Assembly (NCBI RefSeq): GCF_009834535.1
Contig: NC_045696.1
Coordinates: 59,336,001 to 59,400,000 of the forward strand
Length of the DNA: 64,000 nt
Source of the DNA: Camelus ferus
Taxonomy: Eukaryota
Reading direction: 5' to 3'
Positions within the stretch are counted from its first letter, which is position 1. Each line of letters begins with the position of its first letter. The notes under the pieces are model-generated. The model searched no databases. It was not told the origin of the DNA and saw only the letters and a list, made by a program, of their open reading frames with translations. Shown here in pieces: positions 37,686-51,510 of the stretch. The translations under genes were made by a program, and so were the position numbers.

Positions 37686-40600
37686 TTAAAATTTGGAGGT
37701 TCCACCAAGTAATTGGTACTACTTTGAGTCTGATTTTATAGAATAAGTGACTAGTGAGACTCTTGGCACAGGTATGGATGACTAAGGGAGGCTCAGGCAA
37801 GATGGGATGTCCAGAAAGTTCCCAGATATAAAACCAACCAACTCACAGACTGTATTTAGGTATACTTCTCCAAATTAAATAACTCTAATGGAATCATAGT
37901 ATATGTTGGTTAATGCTCCTCTCTATTAGAAGATAGATATACCATCTTGGAAAGAAGAAAAAATGGAATTTATAGGAACGAAATACGTAGTTTCAAGTTA
38001 AATACAATTTCTCACAAGATTCAACTGACAATGATCATTACTTTATCTAATGCCAGTTGTCCTCATAATAAGGGAATGCTTTCTCTCAAAATAGGCTTAG
38101 CTGGTGCTTACTCTTGGGGTTCATCACATCTGCCTGATTGTTGTGCTCAGGAATTAGATACCCAGAGCCTCTAATTGCTTGCTTATTTTAATGACTCTGT
38201 GCAAGACCTTTTGTTTGTGTTCAGCTACTTCCAGTAAACTGAAAGCATTTAGATCCAAAGGCGGCTGGGTCTGGGTTGCTGCTGAGGAGGGTTTCCTCAG
38301 GTGGATGAGCAGCCCTTTCCAAGGGTCCAGCCCCACTCTCCGTCACTGGCAGATCCCCAGCCCATCCAGATAACACATCTCCTTTCCATCAGGGATACCC
38401 AGGGAGGTCGATGAAGTGAAATTCTCCTTCCTAGGGGACTTGAACCTGGTCCAACCACCTCTAATCTTAGAGAGTTACACCATACTGGTCTTCCCCTCTC
38501 CTGGGCGACTTAGAAGTCTGAGCTGCCATGAATGAGAAACATTGTTCTGCAAACAATGGAACAATAGCTTCTTTGTAAGCTTCCATTTGGTCAAGGAATA
38601 CAGTTGAGCATCTTCTATGTACCAGCACTCAAAATTCATTCCCAGACCTTGAGGGCTTAGATTACTTCTGACTGTGTTAAATGATAGTTTCTGCTTAAAC
38701 TTGGGGCCCAAGAAAAACCTTACTAATGCTTGACTGCCTGACCATAATTCTTATCCGTCGCTATTCCCTACCAAGGCCAGACTTAGCTGAGTATTTGGTG
38801 ATATGTCTCACCTGTGTATCCCTCTGTTGTACCCCTTTTGTACTTCCATTGTGACTTGAGCTCATCGGTGGCCTGTTAACCAGGATGATTCCAACCCAGA
38901 TATCAGGTTTTCATACTAAGATCTAAACTGAGCACCTTCTGAAGCCCAGATTGTCCTACCCAAGTTGTTAGGTATCGTGAGATGCTGCTCTGCTGCCCCA
39001 AGATCTGCCATCCAGCTGGGGACAGAACAGTGCCCTTGCCAAGAGAGAATTAAACTTTTTCACATAATGCCGTCCACCTGTTGGGAACCTGGGTTCCCCC
39101 ATGCCTGATGGCAAAAGGTGTACAACAGTGACGTGGAGTTAGGACTGTGGTTTATAATGTCTTCATAATTGTCATGTCTTACTTCAGTTAGCAGAGTCCA
39201 ATCACCACAAGTCTTTATCATTCCAGATGTTGTATAGCTTTTCCCTCATCCATGCTCATTTTCTCTCTGTGTACACAGAATGGCTAGAGATTTTATTTTA
39301 GGCTCTTTAACTTCTGTTCCTTTAACATGGGCATTTAAAAAAGATTCTTCTGTTTTATTTTATTTATTTATTTATTTTACTGATCTTTGCACATTTTAAA
39401 AACCATTGTGAACCTGGAGATATTAGATATCATTAATCCAATCTTCTCATGACTAAATGATATTGTGAGATTTCTCTCCCTGGAGATATTTTTAAATGTC
39501 TTTTACAATCACAGGAAGTCAGAGCTGGAAAAGAACTGAGAACAGTGTGAGGCCAGCAGATGAGGAACTTGAGATTCTGGAGAGGTGATGGCTGGATCAC
39601 ACGAAGAGAGTGATAAGATCCCAGGTCTCTGGACTCCCCAGACTGGGGGTCTTTGTTTATGTAGACAAGGCCACTTCCAATTTTGCTTCATAATTGTTAC
39701 CCAAAGACAGCTAGGAATTTCTCAGAGAATCTGTGAACGTGCTTGTCATGAAACATTAATCCATGCCAGGACTTAAAGTAACATAGATCTAGCCAAAATG
39801 TACCTTGGGCAAGAGCCATGAATCCCAAGTGGGAGTGGGCTGGGGTAAGTAGTTATATTAATAAAACCTTTCCGCATGAACCGTATGAGTCAGATTCAAT
39901 ATATGCATACCGTCAAGAAGTTACACACAGAGGGAGTTTAATTTTAGTTCAAACAGATCACCCATTTGCATCTCCCTTCAGAAATAAAGGGGGTGGAAGT
40001 TGTTACGTCTTTCAAATTAGATTGATGGCTTTAAAAGGGAAAACAATCTGGAGGAGGGTCCTTTTCCTTGTGGACTGCTGCCTTGGGTGCCATCTACTTC
40101 CAGCGGGGCTTGGACTTCCTGGCCAGTAGAGGTGGACGTGGAGAGTGTGCCTTTTCTCCATGTTGCCTTAGCTGTGCTCAGGAAGCTCCACATCTGCCCC
40201 TTTCCTCTGTGAGTACTGCCCCAGGCTCTTTCCTGAGGCCTGTTGCTTCGGGCTGGTTGACAGCCAGGCAAAGGTGGCTGTGGCTGTGGGCCTATGGGAG
40301 CTTCCTGTGCTGGTTGGTGTACAGAATTTTCCTTAAGGAGAAGGGGAACCAAAGGAGTCAGCCATCGTCCTGCTCCTTTGAGCTCCCTTCTGCTCACATC
40401 TCTCCAGTAAGGCCTGCAGCAAGAAAAGAAGCTCAGGGATGGGCCTTGACGACTTCAGAAATAATTCTGCCGCCCACACTCTGGGCTTGTTCCTGCTCCA
40501 TCCATGTTATCTCCACACCACCCTCTGCTTCTTGAGGTCCCAAGCATGGGAATCTGTGGCAAATGAGGAGGATAGAGAAGGTGGGGGTGTATTACAGCCT

Positions 40601-41942
40601 CCCCTGGGCTTTGTGTCTGCTGACTGTGGGGACCCTAATGGAGCCTTCTGGGAGAAACAGCCCACCATTCCTGGGACATTCCCAGTCTAATGGGGAGATG
40701 ATAATCACCTGTGTGGTGGCCGCCTGTGCAAAGCAGTGCCTGAGCTGGGGTCACTTTGTTACCTCCTGGGTGCCAGTGCCAGTCCTAGGGAAATGCAGCA
40801 GTGAGATGAAGCTGGATCTGAGCTGAGACAGGGATTCTGTCCTCTCTGGACAGGCTATTGTCCATGAGTGGCATTCATGTGTTGATTTGCAAAGTGCTCC
40901 TGAGCTCCTCTTTGGGGATTTTTGCCCGGAGGGTATCTCCATTCCTGGAATTCACTGAAAGCTCTCCCTGACTTGCCCTCTGCAACTCATCATGTTAATG
41001 GGAAGGGAGGGCTGGGGTTCAGCCAGGATGCCCCACCCCAGGCGCGTCAGGATGGCTGTATTGATTGCAGAGTCTGATGGAAGGTTATGGCCATGGATGG
41101 GGGTTCACTGTTAGTGGAGGAATAAAGCTCTGGCCCCAGAGTCTGTCTTCTTAACTGGGCTCCCAGCCAGGGTTTCCTTGTCAATTTCCTACTCCCCTGA
41201 GGCCATCATGCACACCCAACTAGATCTGGCTTTCCTAACACCACTTAATCAACTACCCCCCCCCCCCAGCTGCTTAGAAACCCTTAATGGGGGTCCTCTT
41301 GGCCTGGACGCAAGGCCCTATAGGATCAGGTGCACATCCACAAACAATTGCCTTTACAACCTTATCAATGAAGAAGCCTCGCCTTTGCAGCAAAGCCATT
41401 GTTTAGTCAGATGGAGCCCACTCACAGTCCTCTGAAAATTCCACCTTTGTTTGTATCTCTCTGCCTTTTCCCAGGTTGTCCCCGTGTCTTCTGCTTCTTC
41501 ACCCGCTCATGTCCATTTCCTCCTTCAGTACCTGGCTCTTTGGCCTCCTCTGTTCATCTAAGCGTACAATTGCCCATTTCACTATTGTGTTCTAAGTCCC
41601 CAGAGGCCAGGAACCCCAGTAACCTGCAGTGTGAGGCTGGGTGTGATTTGAACACAGACTACTTCCTGGGTGAATAGGGAGAGATGGAGACTTGAAATAA
41701 TGAACCCTCCATGGGCCACTTGGTATTATTTCCTTCTTGACCTAGTGTCCATACATCCATTTGCAGTGAGGTCTGGAATTGTTTAATGGGGCAGAGGAGA
41801 TGGAGGCAGATGCCTCAGAAGTTCTTCAACAAAGCAGTGGTCAAGAGTAGGGTTGAAACGGAGAAGGTGCTAGAGGCAAAAACAAACAAAAACAAAGAAA
41901 ACAAGAAACTGGATTTAACACGCCTTGTTGATGGAAGGTGGG

Positions 41943-42346
41943 TGTACTGGGTTGAATTAAGTGTCTGCTGAAATTTGATGTCTACCCCAAACCTCAGAAT
42001 ATGAGCTTTTTTGGAAATAGGGCCTTTGCAGATGTAATTAGTTAGGGAGAGATGGGGTTGTACTAAAGCCAACAACTGGTGTTCTTGTAAGATGAGAGAG
42101 GGAGTTGTAGAGAGGAAGGCTGTATGAAGAAGCGGGCAGAGATGAGTGATGGAGCTACAGGCCCAGGGGTATCAAGGATTCCTGGGATACATCAGAAGCT
42201 GGGAAGAGCCAAGGATGGAATCTTCTATAGAGCCTTCAGACATTGATTCTGGACTTTTGGGCTGAACTGTGAAAGAATACATTTCTGTTGTTTTAAGCCA
42301 TCCAGTTTGTGCTGATTTGCCTTGGCAGCCCTAGGAAAGGAATACA
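41943..42346 (+). mobile_element. MLT1 (ERVL-MaLR) solo LTR, MLT1B/C/D-like
   Basis: TG...CA ends; 'tttggaaatagggcctttgcagatgtaattag' and 'catttctgttgttttaagcca..cagtttg...ggcagccctaggaaa'; 5-bp TSD GTGGG at 41938-41942 and 42347-42351. Confidence 0.92.
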
Positions 42347-43339
42347 GTGGGGTTCAACATACATCTGGGGCGTATGTATCAGAAATTCAAGGGATCACAT
42401 GCTTGGATGACAGATTATCTGTGTGTGTGTGCAGCACTGGGACCAACATTGTGATTCCATTTATGGTAAGAAGTTTGCACTTGTCATTTGTGATGCAGTT
42501 TTGCCAAGAACTACACAGTAACAAAGTCACTCTTGGAAGCCCTTAGTCACCTGAATGGAGGTGGTCTGTGAAGCATTTGGACATCTTGAGTGTGATGGGG
42601 AGCCATGGGCAGAGCCATCTCTATGAGGTACAGGAAGGAGAAGTCACACCAGGCAGGATCCCATGGTCTCATTTTCATGCAGAAGAAATCTGGTTAAAAT
42701 GGTCATCAGGAATAGGGATGTCCTCTCTTCCTGTGTGCTGGGAAGAGGGCAGAGAGAAGGGTGATGGAGAGTGTGAAGAAGTGGATGGGATGTGGGTTTG
42801 CTTTGATGCAAGTGAAAAAAATAAAAAGAGGAAAAAAAGTGCTAGGCAACCCAAGTTGGCTTTTGCAATGAGTACCATGTAAAAGAACTGCCTTCTTTTT
42901 CTGGGCTACCAGGCAGCTCTGGCTGTCTGTCCCCAAAGCAGCGAGAATCCCACAAAGCAGAAGGCAGAAGGTGGGACAAGAGACAGCTCTGCTCTTGGAG
43001 GATGTCCTTAGGCATCATTGCAGAGCCTTCTCACATCCCCTTCTCAGTGTTAGAGGTGGTGAGGTGTCATGGGATGCATGCTGGAAGCCTGGCCTGGTTC
43101 TACTCATTGTCACTGTTCTCTCTGAGCAAGTCTGTCTCCCTCTTGGAGTCTTGGTCTTCCTCCTTTAATAGGATGCATATGACGTTGGTGTGAACATTGA
43201 GGAAGAACTTTGTGAACCTTAAGATACTAGGTAATATTGTGTCTTTGAGTCCTCCCCAGAACTGAGCAGGATGATATGGTGGATTCCTCATCCTATGGGG
43301 TTCTGGGGTCGCTCACAGACTGTATGAAAGGTAATGCAG

Positions 43340-43507
43340 GTGGGGATTATGAAAAAGTTCTGGAGATGGTCATGTTGGTTGTACAACAATGTGAATGTAC
43401 TTAATGCCACCAAACTGTATATTTTAAAACGGTTAAAATGCTAAACTTTACGTTATATTTATATTTTACCACAAACAAAAAATCACAAGCACCTTCCCCC
43501 CCAAAAC
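43340..43507 (+). mobile_element. L1MB-like extreme 3' end
   Basis: 'aaagttctggagatgg...tacaacaatgtgaatgtacttaatgccac...aaaacggttaaaatg..tattttaccac'; flanking direct repeat GTAATGCAG at 43331-43339 and 43511-43519. Confidence 0.85.
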
Positions 43508-46500
43508 AAAGTAATGCAGATATTAGACAAAGCTGATATTCAAGTAAATTTCACACTCTGGGTGTCATGGGTGATTATTGCAATTTGTGTTAAACACTCA
43601 CTATTTACAATGATTGCGAGGAATTAGCCCTGTTTACTAGGACTCAATTAACACAATATATTATCCTTTCTTTGGGATGGCTTTAGAAGTTCCCTTGGGG
43701 GAGAGTAAGTTAGATCACAACGATTACATTGAAATGGACCGCAAACCGTGCTTACTAGCCTATGATCTGAGATCAGCTCGTTGGCTCTATCTCTGTCCCC
43801 AAGGTTCTGCTCCCTCCTCAGCACTACTCCTTCCTCTTTCTTCCTTCCCTTTGGCTCACTATTTACTTTTTATCCCATGGATGGGATAAAGGATGGACCT
43901 GGGTTTGCATCTGTGGCACAGATACATGCGAGTGTCATGTGGCCTCATGCACTTCACTAAAAATGTCCCGTGCTATCACAGACCCTGGTCCTCTGGCCCA
44001 GACTTTGCTCCTAGAAGTGAGAGCTATTGGCACACTTCCAAGAGCATTTCATTCTCCAGGCCTGTGGGCATTTACATCAAAGCCTCACAGCGTCACCTCC
44101 CAGTTTTCTCCTTTCTCAAGCCCTGAGTTGCTTCTGAAGGTCAGAACCACAGGCACCTCCTGATGGCCTCTCTGCTTCTCAGGAGGCCCCCACAGGCTGA
44201 AGGCCCAGAAAATCACTCAGAAAGGGGCTGAAAGATGGATATCATTTGGATTGAGAAATTGTTTCTTTTAGGCATCAAATAAAATGTTTAAAGTTTTGTG
44301 TTCAGATATTAGGACCAGTCCTGTGCCTCCTACAGTTCATCTCTGACAGTGACGAGAGCTCTGTTGAATGCAGGACTGCCTGTGGCGCTGGGCGATGTGC
44401 GTCGTGCACAGATGTCAGATGTCCTGGCTGCACATGTGTCTGTATTCAGGGCAGGTAGCCCATCTGCAAAGAGAGAGTGGGGTGAGAAAACTCAGTGCCT
44501 TCCTTTTGGGCTGCTTCTTGTTGAATTTTGCTCCACAGGTTGGAGGACAAGATCCAGTCCTCTTAACTAGGCCTTTAGAGTCTGGGTGGCCTGGATGCTC
44601 GCTGGAGCCTCGGAGGCTCCAAAACAAGGAGCTCACTGCCTCATGCAGTCACAGAGGCAGAAGTAAGAGCCAGTGTGAAGGTGTAGCAGTTGGAAGGAAA
44701 TTGGAAATCAGCTCCTTGTGGTCCTTCACATTGAGATTCGCAAAGGAAAATGAGATGTCTCCTCACTGAAAGGTAAGAGTTTAAATTTATCTAAACTGAA
44801 TATTATAGTCTGTTTTAGCTGTAGCAGCATATTTCCATAATGTATGTAAATTATATTTGAATTCTTGTGAATCCATGCTCTGAGGCAAAGCCAGACACCT
44901 AATCTTACTCCTGAGGCAGGGCCTTCAGAGCTGGAATACTGTTTAGTGCCCTCTGAGGGGACTATTATCAAAGTTTGTATGATGGCTAAAATTGTCTGTT
45001 AACTAGAGACACTGACTACAGTTTCATCCTTTTGCTCCTTAGCAGGATGGAGCCTCCTTCGTGCCCAAGATGCCCTTCCTCACTGCAGGTGATTCCAAAG
45101 GAGAGGAAGAAGCATGCCCTCCAACTACTACCAAAGGAGATAAGCGTGCCTAAGGATGAGCGCACCTTCGTGTGTGGGACGTGTCTGCTGCATAGACAAT
45201 TCTTCATGAGTAAGAGAAGGTGCCTGACGGAGTGAACACCGGTGCCTCCTTCTCACACTCCAAACCCCCAGTCCCTGCTGCAGCTGTGTGCAAAATCACA
45301 GCATCCTCACCAGGACTGTACAGGGAACAAAGGCAAACCACCCACAGTCCCCTCCACTGTATTCAAAACACGTCATAAATAAGATGACATTTGAAGATGA
45401 GAAGGGTTTAAAAAAAAAAAAAAGCACTGGCATGACTGTATGAGTGCCTAAAAGTGGGTGTTGGCTAGAGATTTCATGTGCTCACCAGCCTGGGGTTTGG
45501 AAGCACTCTTAGCACACCTCTTTAGAGAGAAGATGTAAAGACATGAGCAATGGACGCATCCGTGAAGAGCAAGCAGCTCCTGCATGACTTGCCGATAGAG
45601 GGTTGACCACTGCCACAGAGGGGAGGGACCATGGATTCCATCATAGGACACTTGAACCATCTTTTGTGTTTCCAGAATCATTAAAAATAGAAAGGAACCA
45701 CCATGTATGGAGTAGATGAAGTCTTCCAGAGAAGAGTGGCAAAGTATGTTTTGACAAATCACCTAGCAAGCGATGTGAAAGCAGTCTGGAGAACAATGCC
45801 CTCATCTAATGCTGCATCAGTGTGTGCCTCCTGTAGCCTAAATATGTTGATGACATTAAAATAGATTTTTGTTAGTGTTCTTTATAGATAGAAATAGAGA
45901 AAAATAGGTTCTTAGACACAGTGAAAAATAGGTTTGAGAATTGGTGCTGCATAAGGAGTAAAAAGAAATGATATAAAGGTAGAAGAAGAAATGTATAAAT
46001 ACTACCACAGGGCACTGAATTTTAGGGCCTTTACTCAGGGATTGGGAAAAATTGGGTAAGTTTATAAAAGACATTGAGAGGCCGTAGAAAGAAACTAGAT
46101 AATGTAGAGGAATAATGTCCTTTTGGGAGTTTAAGACAAAACAAGTAAGTTTTCAAGAAAGGAGTATCTCAGGATCTTAAAGAACTATAAAGTGTAGTTC
46201 CATAGCTTAGAAAGATAACCCATTTCTGGGAACCCTTATCTCTATTCCAGATAGTGGGCATGTTCTGGGTCTGATCAGGAAGATCCTGAGACAATTTCAG
46301 AGGATTTCTGGCTGAAGAAAACATACTGATGACCATCCTGATGAGCTTGGGCCATTTAACATCAGAAGTCCCCACCCCTGGGCTGGGTGGCCCTTGGCCA
46401 TGGTCCTCATATTTTAACCTCCAGGCTAGCTCTGGGCCAGCCTCCAATTCTGTGCCCCTCCTTCTGAGCTTCCCTGCACGCAGTCTTGCTCCTGGGTCAC

Positions 46501-46592
46501 CTGACTGAATTGTAATACCTGAGGACTCGCTCCCATCTCTGCATGACCAAGCCTTGGCCACACCACTATTTCTGTTGATTTAGTTGCAACAT

Positions 46593-46606
46593 CTGCCCCC
46601 TGCTGG
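46593..46606 (-). promoter_or_regulatory. Candidate CTCF-binding core
   Basis: The reverse complement CCAGCAGGGGGCAG matches CCASYAGRKGGCRS at all 14 positions; motif match only. Confidence 0.45.
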
Positions 46607-47970
46607 GGTGGTCATAGCTTTTGTAGCTTACACATATCCAGCCTGAACCCAGTCTCTTCTGTTCTGAGGAGCAAGAAGCACTGTCTTTTGGATTCACGGC
46701 AGAACTCACACACTTACATGAGCAAAGTCAGTTTCCATATCTGTCACTGCATCCATATTGGAAGTGGCCTTGGTCCAGCTATTCCTTACCTCTGTTTCAG
46801 ATAAACTCAGCTGGCAAGTAAAATCTTGGTGCTCTTCCTTCAACTTGTCAAGATGAAAATGAAGCGAAAGACTTTATCGAGAAATGGAGAACCACATGGC
46901 TGGTCCTTGCTGCTGCATGAACCTTGGATCTTGAGCTCAAAGATGATAGTGTACATGGAGGTGGCACTGCTGCTACATTTGCCTGGCACACCTGTAAAAT
47001 AGGCAGCATATTTCAGCCTTCAGTGTTAGGTTAGTTTTCCCAAATATAGACTGAAAAGATCCTCAGGTGTTTGATTCTAACATAGAACGAGGATTCTGTC
47101 CTGCAAATGCATCCTGCAGCATTGGGAAAGGGCCCAGTCTTCTGTGTCTCCTGCTTCAAATCTTCCATCTTCTAGAGGGTAGAGAAAGATGTGGGGTTTC
47201 CATCTTGAAATATGTGCCTTGAACAAGAATTGCTAACATGTAGAAAACTTGTCTTATTTTGAACAAGTTCTCAGTTTACGGAAGCCTATGGAAGTATCAA
47301 AATAAAGCATCAGAGGAAGCAATAATCTTAGAGGTCATTAACTAAGGGGATAACCTGCAAAATAAAGTTCTTTGTACCCCAAACTGCCTTTGATTAGTTT
47401 GGACTTTTATTTTCCATTCTTTCCCTCTTTTATATTTCTCTTCTAAAATTACGTGCTCTTTCATGATCTACTTAATATTGTGAAAAATGCTCAGTCCAGA
47501 AATTAAGATGGCTTTTCTTATTTGCACAATAAACAAGCAACAGTGGTGTGGTGAAGAGACCTTGGGTTCCCGTTCTGTCTTTGCTGCTAACCTGGCTAAC
47601 CTTGGCCTTGTCAAGGCCTCTCTCTGGACCTCTCTTTTTATATATGTAAAATAAGAGTGCTCTCAAGAGTACCCTTCTGGCTCTAAAGTCCATCAACAGT
47701 GTATTGCTAAAGGTTGCTTCTGTTTAGGGATGTTTCTAGATTTCTCATAAACTGTCAGAAGAGCCAGAGTTTAGGAGGAATGGAAATTTGTGACTCCATT
47801 TGCAACAATTCTCAAAACTTGAAAATGTAAATGTAGGTAATTAATCTGTCATCATTGTCTGAATATATTATACTTAAAAATACTGTATTCTAAAATATAA
47901 TCTTTAGAAAAACAAACCTGTTATGGGAGATAAATAATTGTTACTGCTTGTCTCACCCCATCATCACTGG

Positions 47971-48122
47971 CAGTGGTGATTCTCAACCCTGGCCATGCGT
48001 TTGCATCACCCAGAGACCCTTTACACATCCCAGTGCCTGCCCTCCCACCTCAGAAGTTCTGATCTCATAGGTTTGGTGTGGGCAGGTGCCAGTATTTTTA
48101 AGATCCAAGTTAAGAACCAGTG
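47971..48122. mobile_element. MER5A1-like MITE
   Basis: 'gtgattctcaaccctggc...gcatcaccca...agaagttctgat...gtatttttaa...gttaagaaccagtg'. Confidence 0.7.
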
Positions 48123-48419
48123 GCCTGCAAAATAAATTCAGTTCCTGAGGCTGGTGTATAAGGCCTCCCATGTGTGTAGCTACTTGCCTTCATGCTGACT
48201 CCCTGTGTCCTCTCCAGCATGCCATCACGTTTCACACGTGTCACTTCGCACTTCCACACCTTTGCATCTTTCATTATGGCCTGGAATGCCATCACCCTAA
48301 GAGGCCTAGTGTTTTTGATCCTTTCCCTGCAGTGTAGGTTTCCTTACTAGCATAGTTCCTATAAAACTTTGTAATGGCCTGCTTTACAGTCATCTTCCTG
48401 TATTGTGAATATTTTATCC

Positions 48420-48970
48420 ATAATGTAAGTATTTATATTCATAAGTCTGATCGTCTTTCTCTCATGCCTAAAACCCCTCAGTGCCTTCCCGTGCTCTAGG
48501 AATACCTGCCCACCCCTCTTACTGTCGCCTGTAATACTCGACATAATCTGAACCGGCCTCTTTCTCAGACCCCATTTCCTCCCACTTCCCACCATTCACA
48601 GCCCTGCAGCCTTGCCAGTCTTCTGTTCTGAAAACACACCAAGCTTGTGCTCATCTCAGGGCCTTTGCATGTGTTCTTCCCTCTGCCTGAGCCATCTTCC
48701 CTCACCCTCTCATTTGCCACCTTCCCAACAATCAGGCCTTTGCTCAGATGTCACTTCCTTAAAGCAGCCTTTCTTGAGGACCAGAGCTAAAGTAGCATGC
48801 TCATGCTCTCATCCTACTGCTTTAATGGTCTTTTAGGACATGCGCTATCTGACATGATATTTGTATTTTGTACATAGATTTATTGAAAGCCTTCCATTAT
48901 GGGAATGTAAGTTCTATGAAGATAAGAACTTCCCTGTCTAGTAAGGTCTCAGTAAACATTGATGGTTGGA
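48420..48970 (+). mobile_element. L2 LINE 3' region
   Basis: 'ctcagggcctttgcatgtgttcttccctctgcctg', 'tgctcagatgtcacttcc', 'gaatgtaagttctatgaagataagaact'. Confidence 0.85.
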
Positions 48971-50044
48971 TGTTACTTGTTCTACCTTGGATAGTGCTGT
49001 GGCCGGCAAAGTAACTGGAAAGAAGGTGTTGGATACGTGGTTGATGAATGAACAGTTATAGGTCACAGTTGTTTCTCCCTAACAACCAGTGTGACCAGAG
49101 ATCTCTAAATAACACTAATAAAAATTAGACTGACATACATATTCATGCTTTTTAATTTCTAGTTTAAAAAACAGGGGAAACAAATATTTTTCTTATTACA
49201 AGAAAATTAGGTTCCATCTCTCCATAACTTCAAGATCTTCATTTCTAGAACCTACACCAGTGGGCACTCCCTCTCTCCAGGGATCCAATCAGCCAGTAAC
49301 AAAGGGAAAGAGGTTCCTCTGGGAATTAATTTCCCTCAAAGCCCCAAATTTAAACCGTGACTGCTGCTCTGAGCTAATAGGGGAGGAGAACATTTTTTTG
49401 AACATCTAAATTTGGTGGTTTCCAAATAGGTGATTGACGAGTAGAGACAGAGCTGGGCAGCAACAAGAGAGAACTGCAGGGACCTGTGCTGAGAATTTGG
49501 GTCCAGCACTCCCATGGCTCTTTCCCTGCAGTTTGCTCCTGACCTCTGGGCTCCTGTGAGGTCCTAGAGGAGGAGACTCTCGTTGCTGATGGTGGTGGTG
49601 ACAGATGTCATTTCTTTTCCCCAGCCTGGCTCTTGCCATGGGATACCTAGAGGTGAAGAATAATTGGGAAGGTTGTCAGAAACTTTGAGAGCAAGTGTGG
49701 AAAAGCACTGGACTCCCTACAGAACACGAATCGGTCAGGTGTAATCTGAGGAGAAAGGGGTAGTAAGTCTGTTTTCCCACCTGTGAAATGAAGAGGTCAG
49801 GCTAGATGGTCTTTTGTGGCACCTCTGTTTTCACCTGCTCAGTCTATAAGAATTTGTGAGCATTTTGCTGTTGAAGTGATCAGCATCCAAACTAGGCAAA
49901 GGGTAATCCGGTTAGCCTTTTTGTCTGCACATATGCCAGGTCTTCTCTGTGTGAAATTCCATGACACCCTTTGTTCTGTGGAACAATAGCAAATTGAAGC
50001 AGTAAATCACCATTGTGTTGAGGTCTGATTGGGGTGATTTTGTC

Positions 50045-50235
50045 TTATGTAGTAGCCACTAGCACATGTGGCTATTAAAATGAAAATTATTTACAATTAA
50101 AATGAATTCAGCTTTTCAGTTACTTTAGCTACACCTCAAATTGTCAATAGCCACGTGTAGCCAGTGGGGACTGTCTTGCACAGATTATATATGTGGGTGT
50201 CCATCATCACAGAAAGTTCTATTGGATGATGGTGG
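50045..50235. mobile_element. MER3/MER33-like hAT-Charlie MITE
   Basis: 'gtagccactagcacatgtggctatt...caatagccacgtgtagccagtgg...ccatcatcacagaaagttctattgga'. Confidence 0.85.
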
Positions 50236-51329
50236 TTTCAAGGGGACCCCTGCTAAGTTGTTAAAGTTGGAGAGCTGCTAAGACTCAACCATCTCTAAGG
50301 CTGAGTGATCCTGTGCCTTTGTTGGGAAGATCAGATTTCTGCCCTACCTCTGCTGTAAGTCTCCACCTTTGGAGGCTGAGGCTGGTGAAGAAGGACAAAA
50401 AACAACTGCAGGGAGTTCCTGTCTGTCTGAGGACACTCATTCATCTCAAGAACTGCAGCAAGATTAAAAGGTGATAAGATGATACTGGAAAGCCCTTAGA
50501 AAAATTGAAGAGTTGCATGAGTATCAGGCATGATGATTGTTAAGGGAACACATTAGATACAAGTCAACTTGGTCCCATCCCCTCCTTGATTTCTATCCCT
50601 CCAAACCAATCGAAGTGAAGTTGGAGTTGAAGCAGTGGGGTTTAGTTGGAGTTGAAGCAGTGGGGTTTGGTTGCCGTTGACAACTGACTCTCTCTACCTT
50701 GTCTAAGCTTGGGAACCAGGTTAGAGAGAATGAGGGAGAGTTCAAGGAAAAGCATGGAGAGTTGGCTTCTGCTAAGGAGTGTTGTTTGCCTTGACTTTAA
50801 GGAAGCCGCCAGAGTGGTGGTGGGGGTTATGAAGGTGTGCCTAGATTAGAGTCTCAGGTTGGAAACCTAGAGGACACTCCCTAGGGAGAGGCTTAGAGGT
50901 ACCGCCTTCTTTCCCAGGTGAAGAGTGAGCTTGTAGAAAAGGTGACTGTCTACCATCTCTGCATGTCTTTCTGCTTCTTCTCATGTCTTTTTATCAAGGT
51001 CTAAACTGTCACGACAACATAGTATGTTATATATTGTAGAAAAGGCACCGCTCTTGATGAATGTGGTAACTATGTTCACATGCCCTCAGGTTTGGGTTAG
51101 GTCTCAGTGGGCCGCTGATGGAAGAGGACTCTGGAAGTGATTTGGAGGGCAACCCTATCTGTCACCAATATCAACCCTGCCTCCAAACATGACACTGTGC
51201 TGGGAGCTATAGGAAACCAGTGACTGAGGCACAAACTCTGTCCTGGGTGGACAAACACCCAAACATAGGCACCTATATTCAGAATACATACTTAGAGACT
51301 ACAGCTCTGCACGTTGACTCTTGAATGGA

Positions 51330-51510
51330 AAGTCATGGACTTGTATCCTATCTATTGACCACATTATCTTGGGCTCTATTAGCCTCAGTTTACTCATGTG
51401 TAAAGTGGAAATGATAATGTCTTACCCAGAGATATGTTGTAGGAATGAATGATGAACATCTGTGTAAAGGACCAAGCAGAAGGCCTAGCACATTAAGTCA
51501 CTGAACAAAT
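51330..51510 (+). mobile_element. MIR SINE
   Basis: 'gcctcagtttactcatgtgtaaagtggaaatgataat...gcctagcacattaagt'. Confidence 0.7.

Noticed and set aside
40017..40535. 155-aa and 126-aa ORFs and partial CTCF-like words
   Set aside because: No recognisable product; the motif matches have mismatches at core positions.
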